Position numbers and translations under genes: made by a program. The notes under the pieces are model-generated. The model did no database searches. It was not told the DNA's origin and was given only the letters and a program-made list of their open reading frames with translations. Source: a virus (taxonomy: Duplodnaviria > Heunggongvirae > Uroviricota > Caudoviricetes > Crassvirales). From it: a DNA stretch of 40,812 bases. The stretch lies in the IMG/VR virus record IMGVR_UViG_3300044716_000090, positions 1 to 40,812 of that record. The stretch is one strand, 5' to 3'. Below, piece by piece: positions 16,228 through 24,700 of this stretch; position 1 is the stretch's first letter; each line of letters starts with the position of its first letter.

Positions 16228-16871
16228 TATAATAGCTTGTTTACCAATGAGTTAGACGCTTTCTTTAAAGCTGAACTTAAATTCTGTTGGTTAAACTTGC
16301 CACCTTCATCTATTAATAATGTGGACATACTTGTTTCAGCCGCAGACTCCTCTGCAAAAGCTTTTTTAATAACTTTACCATCTTTAACTAATGTACCATA
16401 TAGTCTAATGACTACTGATTCTTTTTCTTTATGGAATACAGACACCTGTGAACTGTTTTTTAACACATCCAAATATACGATGTCTGCTGTAATTTGCAAA
16501 CTAGCTGATGGGTCAATGGCATAATCCATATCCTGTAACACTTCTTCTATAACATTCTTAACACCAAACTCCAGGTTACGGTTACCAGCAAGAGCACCTA
16601 TCTTCACTTTGTTAGTGATAGCACCAATGCTGATTTTGTTAGACTGTTCATAGTAGATGTTACCTGGACTATTCTTAAATCTGCCATCAAACTTCCATGT
16701 AAGTTGATTGACTATGTTTTGAATCTTCTCATGCTGGTTTGTAAACTCCAGATATAAGAAAAACAACTGTGCACTTAACGCACAGAAAATGAATATCAGA
16801 ACACCATAGAGAAAAAACAAAAATAGTTTCTGCCCTATGTATGTTCCGATGCTTGATAGTTTTGCCCTCAT
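16227..16871 (-). CDS. Membrane-anchored protein, probable second CsgG-like paralogue
   Basis: N-terminal TM; C-terminal KFNQQNLSSALKKA matches KFNQSTISIATKKA of 12195..12911. Confidence 0.6.
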   Translation of the reverse strand: MRAKLSSIGTYIGQKLFLFFLYGVLIFIFCALSAQLFFLYLEFTNQHEKIQNIVNQLTWKFDGRFKNSPGNIYYEQSNKISIGAITNKVKIGALAGNRNLEFGVKNVIEEVLQDMDYAIDPSASLQITADIVYLDVLKNSSQVSVFHKEKESVVIRLYGTLVKDGKVIKKAFAEESAAETSMSTLLIDEGGKFNQQNLSSALKKASNSLVNKLL

Positions 16872-16880
16872 AATTTCTTT

Positions 16881-17006
16881 TTATTTTCCTTGTCCTCTAT
16901 ATTTCTTGACAGCTTTGTCCTTAGGTCCGTTAGTCTTTTTAGCTTTTCCCCCTTTGCGTTTACCAAAGCTAATCTTTCTAACTTCCCCACCTTTTGCTTT
17001 TGCCAT
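16881..17006 (-). CDS. 41-aa basic peptide ending KKYRGQGK, absent from the ORF track
   Basis: Translated by hand (MAKAKGGEVRKISFGKRKGGKAKKTNGPKDKAVKKYRGQGK); AACCAACCAC leader before ATG. Confidence 0.75.
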   Translation of the reverse strand: MAKAKGGEVRKISFGKRKGGKAKKTNGPKDKAVKKYRGQGK

Positions 17007-17024
17007 GTGGTTGGTTTTTAAATG

Positions 17025-17642
17025 TTAAACTAATAATGAATGATATTCTTTGAAGTGCTTGATACGATCTGCAAGACCAATAGTACCACCGTTTACACGC
17101 TTAGTAATCTTAGTCACAACAGCATCAGAAACACCTTCATCTGCTATTTTATTTAAACCATTCTTGCTCCAGAACCAAGCTGCAGATAACAATACATACT
17201 GTGTACCAACTAAGTTAGGATCTGCATCAGGTCCTAAACCAATTGATTTAAAGAATGCTGTGTAGTTATCTTTACCAGTTAACTGGATTGCTCCTCTTCC
17301 ACGGAACTTAAAACCATCTCCTGATGATTCAGGACCATTACCCATACGTCCACCATATACAAGATTAGCAATCTTCTCAGGCTTCTTAGCATAAGCAGCT
17401 GCCTTAGGTTCATCAATTGTTTTATCAGGTCTTGTAAAATACTTCTTGAAAATACCTGTAAGTCCTTTAGCAGAATAGTTTAGGTTTTCATTAAAAACTC
17501 TAAATCCACCACTCTCATGTCCTGTTTGTGCAAGGAAATGAGCAAGTCTTGTTGGAGTGTTTATTTGAAACTTCTCCATCACCTCAGGTATCTTTTCTAA
17601 TATACTATCAGGAATATGTCCTTTTAACTTATTTAGATTCAT
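17025..17642 (-). CDS. Glycoside hydrolase family 19 endolysin
   Basis: AHFLAQTGHESGGF...ENLNYS, FRGRGAIQLTGKDNY, SAAWFW, TKRVNGG. Confidence 0.9.
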   Translation of the reverse strand: MNLNKLKGHIPDSILEKIPEVMEKFQINTPTRLAHFLAQTGHESGGFRVFNENLNYSAKGLTGIFKKYFTRPDKTIDEPKAAAYAKKPEKIANLVYGGRMGNGPESSGDGFKFRGRGAIQLTGKDNYTAFFKSIGLGPDADPNLVGTQYVLLSAAWFWSKNGLNKIADEGVSDAVVTKITKRVNGGTIGLADRIKHFKEYHSLLV

Positions 17643-17781
17643 TTTTCTTTTTCTTTTTAGCAGGCTTCTTTTTAGGAGCTGCAGGTTTAATTGGAACTAC
17701 TGGTGCTACAACCTCTACAGCTTTACCTGCAAGTTCTTTCTTACCAAATAGTTTCTTAATTAATTCTAAAATCTTCTTCAT
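17629..17781 (-). CDS. 50-aa peptide with an amphipathic N-terminal helix and a Pro/Lys tail, absent from the ORF track
   Basis: Translated by hand (MKKILELIKKLFGKK...PAAPKKKPAKKKKKNESK); fills the gap between the spanin-like gene and the endolysin. Confidence 0.65.
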   Translation of the reverse strand: MKKILELIKKLFGKKELAGKAVEVVAPVVPIKPAAPKKKPAKKKKKNESK

Positions 17782-17784
17782 GTT

Positions 17785-18402
17785 TTATTTTTTAAGTTTC
17801 CAAAATGTTTGAAAGCCATAACTTATTTGACCTTCAACGCTTGTACCAACTGTTACATTGTATATCTGATCGCTCTTAGTCTTAAGAAGCACACCAGCGT
17901 TTAAGCTTGTAACACCTAATGTCTTATTACCACCTATACCACCACCTACATATAATTGATTCTTAGGAGGAGCATACTTAGTGATAGTTGTAGTTGTATG
18001 TATAGTAGGTATCTTATAGTGATATTGATACCCACGGTTATCTAGTTTGTTAGAATGCACTGTATCACTTACAACAATATATCCTACAGAGTCAAGCTTA
18101 AGACTGTCTTTGTAAATATTCTTAGCTAAGAAAAGACTCAATAGGTTTTCATATTGAATCTTTAAAGCAGCGTAGTTTGTATCAGCTATATACTGAGGAG
18201 GAAGTGTATCATGTACTACAGGAAGTGTTTTATAAACAGTCATCCTCTTTACGATGAGACTATCACGCACTTCATAAGTGGTATCATGTACCACCACTGT
18301 GTCAGGTCCCTTAGCAGCTTTATCAGGTCCACAACCAGTTCTTTGTAATACTATGATTGCAATTAGTACAATCACAGCTAATGATAATATGTTCTTATTC
18401 AT
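17785..18402 (-). CDS. Membrane-anchored periplasmic protein, putative spanin
   Basis: N-terminal hydrophobic helix then TGC (possible lipobox); C-terminal amphipathic beta strands; located in the lysis cassette. Confidence 0.5.
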   Translation of the reverse strand: MNKNILSLAVIVLIAIIVLQRTGCGPDKAAKGPDTVVVHDTTYEVRDSLIVKRMTVYKTLPVVHDTLPPQYIADTNYAALKIQYENLLSLFLAKNIYKDSLKLDSVGYIVVSDTVHSNKLDNRGYQYHYKIPTIHTTTTITKYAPPKNQLYVGGGIGGNKTLGVTSLNAGVLLKTKSDQIYNVTVGTSVEGQISYGFQTFWKLKK

Positions 18403-18619
18403 TGTCTTTCTTTTTAGTTGAAAACTTATCCCATGTAGTGAATCCCATTCCTACAAACACAATACCAGCCACTAGATCTGCTAGGTGTGTGCTAACATTA
18501 AAGTTGAATATAAAAGCAGCCAATAAACAAAATGCACTTAGTGTAACAATTGTTCTCTTATGGCTGGTAGATCCACGCTCATCTGTGAGCATGTCTTTTA
18601 AAATATCTTTAAGGCTCAT
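18395..18619 (-). CDS. 74-aa two-TM holin-like protein
   Basis: SHKR followed by two TM helices and a charged C-terminus; close to the endolysin. Confidence 0.6.
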   Translation of the reverse strand: MSLKDILKDMLTDERGSTSHKRTIVTLSAFCLLAAFIFNFNVSTHLADLVAGIVFVGMGFTTWDKFSTKKKDNE

Positions 18620-18896
18620 ATGATTTCTTTTTTAATTTGATGTAGGCAAACTCTCTGTTATCAGCAATCCTGATAGTAAGAGGAGGTTCCTCTACAGGTG
18701 CAATAGGAGCACTTGCTTGTGTTTTATAGACATTCCTCTCTAGGTTGTCTATACGTGTTTTGTCAATATTGCTCTGGGCCATTAGAGCTTTAACATCAGA
18801 TTTAATTTCACTGACATCATGCCAAATCATCATAGCTAGTATTGACACTAGGCTAGGAAAAATCCAAACTTTGAAGGCTTCAATTTGTTGTTTCAT
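18609..18896 (-). CDS. 95-aa single-TM plus coiled-coil protein (holin/antiholin-like)
   Basis: WIFPSLVSILAMMIW then IKSDVKALM...IDNLERNV; first gene of the lysis cassette. Confidence 0.6.
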   Translation of the reverse strand: MKQQIEAFKVWIFPSLVSILAMMIWHDVSEIKSDVKALMAQSNIDKTRIDNLERNVYKTQASAPIAPVEEPPLTIRIADNREFAYIKLKKKSYEP

Positions 18897-18912
18897 TGTT
18901 TCATAAATGACA

Positions 18913-18948
18913 ATAGCATGCCCTTCCCTAATTGGGGAGTCATGCTAT
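18913..18948. other. Intergenic hairpin upstream of the lysis cassette
   Basis: ATAGCATG/CATGCTAT outer 8-bp stem and CTTCCC/GGGGAG inner stem. Confidence 0.55.
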
Positions 18949-18970
18949 GTAGTTTAAAAATAGAGGGTTT

Positions 18971-19846
18971 TTACGCTTTCAGGGAAGCAATTATTTTGTC
19001 AACGTTGAAGATTTCATCTTCATTATTATAAGGAAACTCTAATAGGTTTCCTAAGATGTCGAACTTCTGAAAATATGCACTACGAAGTTCAGGCTTTTTT
19101 GTATGTGGGTTGGCTAAAATATTCTTATGAATATCATAACCAAATACTGTAGGAGTGTTAGCTATCCATAATACAGTGGAAGGTTTGTTTAAACCAGCTG
19201 CTGCATGTTGTCCGAAGCTATCCATAAATAATCTCTTCTCACTTAATTCTGTTAGTACAGCTAAAGCTCTGAAGTTTTCTGTTACTGTTATTGTTCCAGG
19301 GAAAGATGTTTGATCTTCTCTTCTCATGTGAACAATGTTATAGTCTTTTTTAAATTCCTCTATAACACTTGATACAATATTGGCTGGAATATCCCTAGCC
19401 CATGAGTATTTAAGTTCTTGTCCTGGGCCACCACCATTGGTTTGCATTAGTAATATAGGCTTATCAGATGTAAACTTAGCACTAAAGAACTGACGTTCTC
19501 TGCCAGTTAAATAGATTTGTGGCTTCACACTCTCAGGAGCAGGTAAACCATATATCCTAGCCCATGTATGACTAAGATGTTCATCTTGTTTAATATAGTG
19601 TGTATCTACATAAGGATCGTGTGCAAGAACAACGAACTCCTTATTTTCTATATAATCTTGATAAAAGTAACCAGTTTGACCAAAGGCAAATGATCTATGA
19701 ACATATGGGTTGTTTAAGAACACCTCAGGATATCCACTAACCACAATTAGTTGATCATCAGGGTATTGGTGATGTATCACCTGACAAATTGATGTAGCAA
19801 GGATGCATTTACCAATACCCCCATTGATCTGGAAAATAATGTTCAT
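18971..19846 (-). CDS. GT9 (heptosyltransferase)-like GT-B glycosyltransferase
   Basis: GGIGKCILAT...YPD...FLNNPYV and MDSFGQHAAAGLNKPSTVLW match the GT9 GD...NP and DSG.mHlAaA..P patterns. Confidence 0.7.
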   Translation of the reverse strand: MNIIFQINGGIGKCILATSICQVIHHQYPDDQLIVVSGYPEVFLNNPYVHRSFAFGQTGYFYQDYIENKEFVVLAHDPYVDTHYIKQDEHLSHTWARIYGLPAPESVKPQIYLTGRERQFFSAKFTSDKPILLMQTNGGGPGQELKYSWARDIPANIVSSVIEEFKKDYNIVHMRREDQTSFPGTITVTENFRALAVLTELSEKRLFMDSFGQHAAAGLNKPSTVLWIANTPTVFGYDIHKNILANPHTKKPELRSAYFQKFDILGNLLEFPYNNEDEIFNVDKIIASLKA

Positions 19847-19864
19847 ACTATTAATTTCGAGAAA

Positions 19865-20251
19865 CTATAACTCTTCTTCCTCTTCTTCTACAAATGTAAC
19901 ACCAGTTACCCAACCCTTTAGGAATGTAAATTGCTCTAAACCTTGTGGGTTGGTAATGTTAATCTTTTCAAACACAACCTCTTGATTATCAAGGTCTTGT
20001 AACTGTTTGTTCAAAACCTTAATACTCTGTTTAGAGAATCTGTAATTACCCTTTTCATCAAGTATTAAAATGTCTTTTTCATCTACAGAGGCATTATCAA
20101 TTCTTAACTCATTAGCCTTATCTTGATATTCTTGAAGATTAGGTTTTATTTTCTCGTAGATTTTGATAAGCTTCTTTTGTACCTTAGTTTCCTCATTAGT
20201 AATGATTGACTGTAAGATGTTACCTAGTATCTTTAAATCTAAATATTTCAT
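19865..20251 (-). CDS. 128-aa helical phage protein (possible tail-fibre assembly factor)
   Basis: Clean ORF with its own consensus promoter; function inferred from position only. Confidence 0.6.
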   Translation of the reverse strand: MKYLDLKILGNILQSIITNEETKVQKKLIKIYEKIKPNLQEYQDKANELRIDNASVDEKDILILDEKGNYRFSKQSIKVLNKQLQDLDNQEVVFEKINITNPQGLEQFTFLKGWVTGVTFVEEEEEEL

Positions 20252-20271
20252 AAAGTTGGTTGTTTTAACGG

Positions 20272-20303
20272 CAAATATATGGTAATTATTCTAAACTACC
20301 AAA
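20272..20303 (-). promoter_or_regulatory. Bacteroidota-type promoter TTTG-N20-TATATTTG
   Basis: Plus strand shows CAAATATA at 20272-20279 and CAAA at 20300-20303; shares CTACCAAATTT with the 3579 promoter. Confidence 0.75.
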
Positions 20304-20318
20304 TTTTTGTTAAGTGAA

Positions 20319-20618
20319 TTAAGGAGCAGGAGCTATTGGAGCTGCTGGTTCAGGGTTTTGATTTGCTGCTTTAACTAAGCCTAATTGACTAAGAACATTA
20401 GCTTCTACATCAGCCCAGTTAGCACCAGACTCAGATAAACCTGCTGTAACTGTAAGTGACTTATTAGCAACAGACATACCATCTGATAACATGCTCACCC
20501 AAACATTTGCTTGGTTAGCAAACAATTCACAATTACCACTAACACTTAGCTTAGTAACTGTTCCGATTGATGAACCATTGATTTCAATACTTGCTGGTTC
20601 TACATAGATTGTTTTCAT
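20319..20618 (-). CDS. 99-aa hypothetical protein (tail-fibre-associated)
   Basis: Clean ORF; TAnnTTTG element 22 nt upstream. Confidence 0.7.
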   Translation of the reverse strand: MKTIYVEPASIEINGSSIGTVTKLSVSGNCELFANQANVWVSMLSDGMSVANKSLTVTAGLSESGANWADVEANVLSQLGLVKAANQNPEPAAPIAPAP

Positions 20619-20627
20619 TTTTATTAT

Positions 20628-20810
20628 TTATTTTAGTTTACAAATATACTTATTATATCTCATTGATATATTTTGTTTGAAATATACAAACAATAATATA
20701 GCTAGTCCTACTATTAATAGGCTATTGTCAACAGTAGAAAAGTTCTGAACTGGTTTAATAATGAATTCAACATTATTTAGGTTAATTGCTGTGTCTACAC
20801 TTGTTTCCAT
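20628..20810 (-). CDS. 60-aa single-TM protein
   Basis: LLIVGLAILLFVYF; follows a TAnnTTTG element. Confidence 0.55.
   Translation of the reverse strand: METSVDTAINLNNVEFIIKPVQNFSTVDNSLLIVGLAILLFVYFKQNISMRYNKYICKLK
20641..20648 (-). promoter_or_regulatory. Possible -7 element TATATTTG
   Basis: CAAATATA upstream of the 20618 start; no clear -33 box. Confidence 0.4.
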
Positions 20811-20832
20811 TTTTATAAAGGGTTTATTTTTA

Positions 20833-20867
20833 CAAAGATATAATATAAATTGGACTTACACACCAAA
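20833..20867 (-). promoter_or_regulatory. Possible promoter TTTG-N23-TATCTTTG
   Basis: CAAAGATA at 20833-20840; the -33 spacing is longer than consensus. Confidence 0.45.
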
Positions 20868-21725
20868 TCTTGCTCTAGTAGAATTAAAATTTTGCAACAC
20901 TTCCGCAGCAGTTAATTCTCTGTGATATACGTGTAATAATCCAATTTGCTGGTTTGCTTTATAATCAATGTTTGCTGTACACCATCCTGCTGTAGAAGCT
21001 CTTAAAGTGGTGGTATTGGTAGGAGTTGCTGTTGCAATAAGACTTCCGTTTACATATACTCTCATTCTGGATGAAGTTCCAGGGAGCCATGTACCAACCA
21101 TATAGAACCAAACATTATTAGCGAATGTTCCACCTCTGGCTAGAGGCTGGGAGAAAGCCATTGTACCTGGGTCTATACCAACACCCACTGACATATACTG
21201 AGATGTACTAGGTGTTGATTTCCCAATAAATAAACTCCAACCATTTGTTTGCCAGAAACCAAGATCTTGCCCTCTTTCAAATAAAGTAAAGTTGGTAGCA
21301 CTATCTGCTGTTCTAAACCATCCTCCAAATGTAAAGGCACCAGTATCAGGTCCTTTTGCTCCAGCCGAATTTGGGAATGATACAAATCCAGTGTTACTAG
21401 TTAATGACATAAATTTTGGTGCAGTGGAATTATAAGCTACTGCTCCACTAAAGGTGGCATTATATCCATTTCCACTTAAATCAAACCACGTAGTTCCTGT
21501 TCCAGGATACGAAGTGGTATTATTAGCATCTACATATATGTTTAAGCCACTCGTAATGATAGGGCTTGCGTTATATCCATAGAATTCACTAATAGCATCA
21601 GGTGTACTAAATCCAGCATTAGCACTAAGTTGCCTTAGGCTATATGTTGAAGCGAATCCCCCATCATTAACCTGCTCATTTCTGATTTGTGATATGCTGA
21701 GTGGTCCACTAACTGGTAAGGACAT
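20856..21725 (-). CDS. Tail-fibre tip/adhesin with a LamG (ConA-like) domain
   Basis: N-terminal MSLPVSGPLSISQIRNE...ISEFYG motif typical of fibre-capping proteins, then a LamG domain (SYPGTGTTWFDLSG, FTFGGWF, WFYMVGTW); overlaps the fibre stop. Confidence 0.8.
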   Translation of the reverse strand: MSLPVSGPLSISQIRNEQVNDGGFASTYSLRQLSANAGFSTPDAISEFYGYNASPIITSGLNIYVDANNTTSYPGTGTTWFDLSGNGYNATFSGAVAYNSTAPKFMSLTSNTGFVSFPNSAGAKGPDTGAFTFGGWFRTADSATNFTLFERGQDLGFWQTNGWSLFIGKSTPSTSQYMSVGVGIDPGTMAFSQPLARGGTFANNVWFYMVGTWLPGTSSRMRVYVNGSLIATATPTNTTTLRASTAGWCTANIDYKANQQIGLLHVYHRELTAAEVLQNFNSTRARFGV

Positions 21726-24700
21726 TGATTATATTTTTAAGTTCTTCAATTTGTTTCTGCTGCTCTTTGAATGCTTCAATGAATAATCCTGCAAAGTTAC
21801 CATATTTAACACCATATTCGTCTATATCATTTGCATACGAAACAGCTTCTGGTAACACTTGATTTACTTCTTGTGCAATAACCCCAAGCTGCCTTCCTTT
21901 TTCTTCTTCACCAATTTTATCATAAAATACACCACGAAGATTTGTCACTTTTTCAAGAGCGTTATCTATAGTGATTATGTTATTTTTCTTACGAGCATCA
22001 GAGAAAGCAACCACATCGCCAGTTGCAAAAATAGCTCCCTCAACGTATAATCTATAAGATGTTGAGTTAGTTGATGTACCTATTGACAATCTACCTGTTC
22101 CATATAGAGAATAGAATATCCAACCACCAGCATAACCTATATCATGCAAACCTATATCTGTAGACACTCTACCCATTAAAGCAAATTGTGACCCAATACC
22201 ATATCCTGCCCAACCATTTCTACCACTACCATGTGTTGCTATATTGCCATAAAGATTACCTTCTGCATCTGGAGAACGAAGTCCATAACCATATGAATTA
22301 AAATATAATCCTCCAGTTCCATTTACATAAAACCAATCATTAGTAGTAACAGCACCAGCAGCAGTAATATTACTAGCAGATTCCCAGCTACCATTATCAT
22401 TACACCATGCTCCCCAACCTTCTGCTTGCGTTAAGAATCCTATACGGTTAGAGTTACAATGTATTCTTCTTGTACCTTCATCACTGTCAACCATATAGAT
22501 ATTGCTGCTAGTAGAACTACCAACAGTTAAATCTGTACCCAATACTGTAGCATTACCGCTATTATCAACCCTAAATGACCAACTACCAGCATTATTTAAA
22601 AAACCAATTTGATTAGAGTCATTAGCATATACATAACCTCTAATTGAGGTCACATGACCCCCTGTATAAAATCTAATACTAGAAATATTTGTTGTACTTG
22701 ACATATCCCAATACCCATTTGTATTAGAGGATAAGTGTTGGGTTGTTACCTGATTATATAAACCTTCATTAGAATTATTATTTCTAAACCAAGCATTGTT
22801 ATAAATATTTGTAAATGTAGGGCCATTACCTGTACCTAAATTTTGGTTAATTGTATATGCTGTAATATTAGCTGATGAACCAGTAATGTTAATTCCCCAT
22901 GTACCACTTGCCCCACTACCTGTTAAACTTGGAGCGTAACTTGTATAATTACCACTGTGCAAAAATTGATACCATGTAGCGTTCCAACTACTATTAATAC
23001 CATTTCTTAAAGCTAATCCGGGTAACCCTGAAGCGTTCACTCCACTCCAATTACAAAAAGCTAATTGATATGAAGAATCTCCTGTACTTGCAGATGTACC
23101 ATCCCAAGGAGAGTATGTCATTACACCAGCATAGTTACCAGTTGCACCAGTTACACTACCAGCGGTTGCAAAATCATATCTTACAGACCTTGGGTTTGTT
23201 GTTGGTAAAGCAAATGTGTTAGGGTTTCTACTACCATCAGGAGAAGCTACAAAAGTGGTAGTTGTTGCAGATGTAGCATTACCATTTAATGCTCCAACAA
23301 ATGTAGAAGCAGTAACAGTACCCGATGTAAATATAGTACTGAAACCTGCTCTTGGACTAATATCTAAATTACCTGTACTGTTATTATACAAAAAGCTTGC
23401 TTGGAATCCTGATGAACCTGCATAGAATCCTCTGCTTGCAGCAGGGCCACCTAATCCAGCATAAACACTTCCATTTTGAACATTAACATCCCCATTGGTT
23501 GTAACAGTGCTATTAAATGTAGCTGCTCCTGTAGAAGCTATTCTAAATCTCTCGGTATTGCTTGTATATGCAACAAAGTTTTCTCCATCTGCACCAACTC
23601 TAACATTGAAAGCGTTTGCAGTAGAAGTTCCCTTGAACCCTATTGTAGAAAGAGTACCACCATTATTTATAGCACTTATAGGAACAGTATCACCACCGGT
23701 AATAAACCAAGCTGCAACACCTGTTGTACTTTCGGCAACCATTCTTACACCTGTATATGATGATGTAGTCCCCAATGTTAAATTTCCATTAGCTGCCAAC
23801 GTCATTGCTTGGGTATAACTTATTGCTGCACCTGCCGTTCCTGATGGTGCAACATACCATTCGTGATTATTTGTACCAACAGATAATCTATATTGTTGTG
23901 ATGATAATCCTGATGCACGATAATAATATGTAGCACCTATTGCATAAGCATTTGTAGTTAATCCTAAACGTAAACTTGCATTAATTCCACTAAATGGGTC
24001 GCCTCCAATATCTAAAGCTACGTTACCACCTCCCCACGCACTCGGTGTAACTCCTAATCCTAAATTGCCACCATCAAATCTAAACGCACCACCACTTGTA
24101 AAAAATCTTAAATCAGTTGAATTAGAATATATATATGCTTTGCCTACATCACCTGTTTTAAATTCAATTTGACCACCCGTTGAACCATTTAATGATAATG
24201 TTGTATACCCTGTGCTAAATGTTGGTGTAGTAGTATTTATTCCAACATTTGTACCATTATCAAATAGTATACTATTACCTATTGTACTTGCACCTGTAAA
24301 CTTAGGTAGGTAGTTAGTAGTACCTGTACCTTGAGTAGGAGAATATCCTAGAGCTGAACACACGTTAGCTCCTGTTAAGTTTAAGCAGATGTTACCACTT
24401 GTTGTTACAGGAGAAGCACAAACGTTTATGTTTGTAGCTACCACACCTACAGAGGTAACTGTACCTACACATGATGTGTAACCATTTGGATTGGTTGCAT
24501 TGTATGGTGTATATCCTAATGCTCCACAAACATTGGCTCCAGATAAGGAAATAGCTAATGTTCCAGATGTTGTAATAGGACTACCTGTTACAGAAATGTT
24601 AGTTCCTGTAGCATTTACACAGGTCACTGTACCTGTACATGATGTACGACTATTGAAACTGTTCCAATCAGTACTTGATAAGAACCCGTTTGACGCAGCA

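Noticed and set aside
20659-20666. Inverted copy of the class-2 element (CTCATTGA) near the 20641 box
   Set aside because: Wrong orientation and spacing, and a 7-8-mer of this composition is expected several times by chance in 40 kb.
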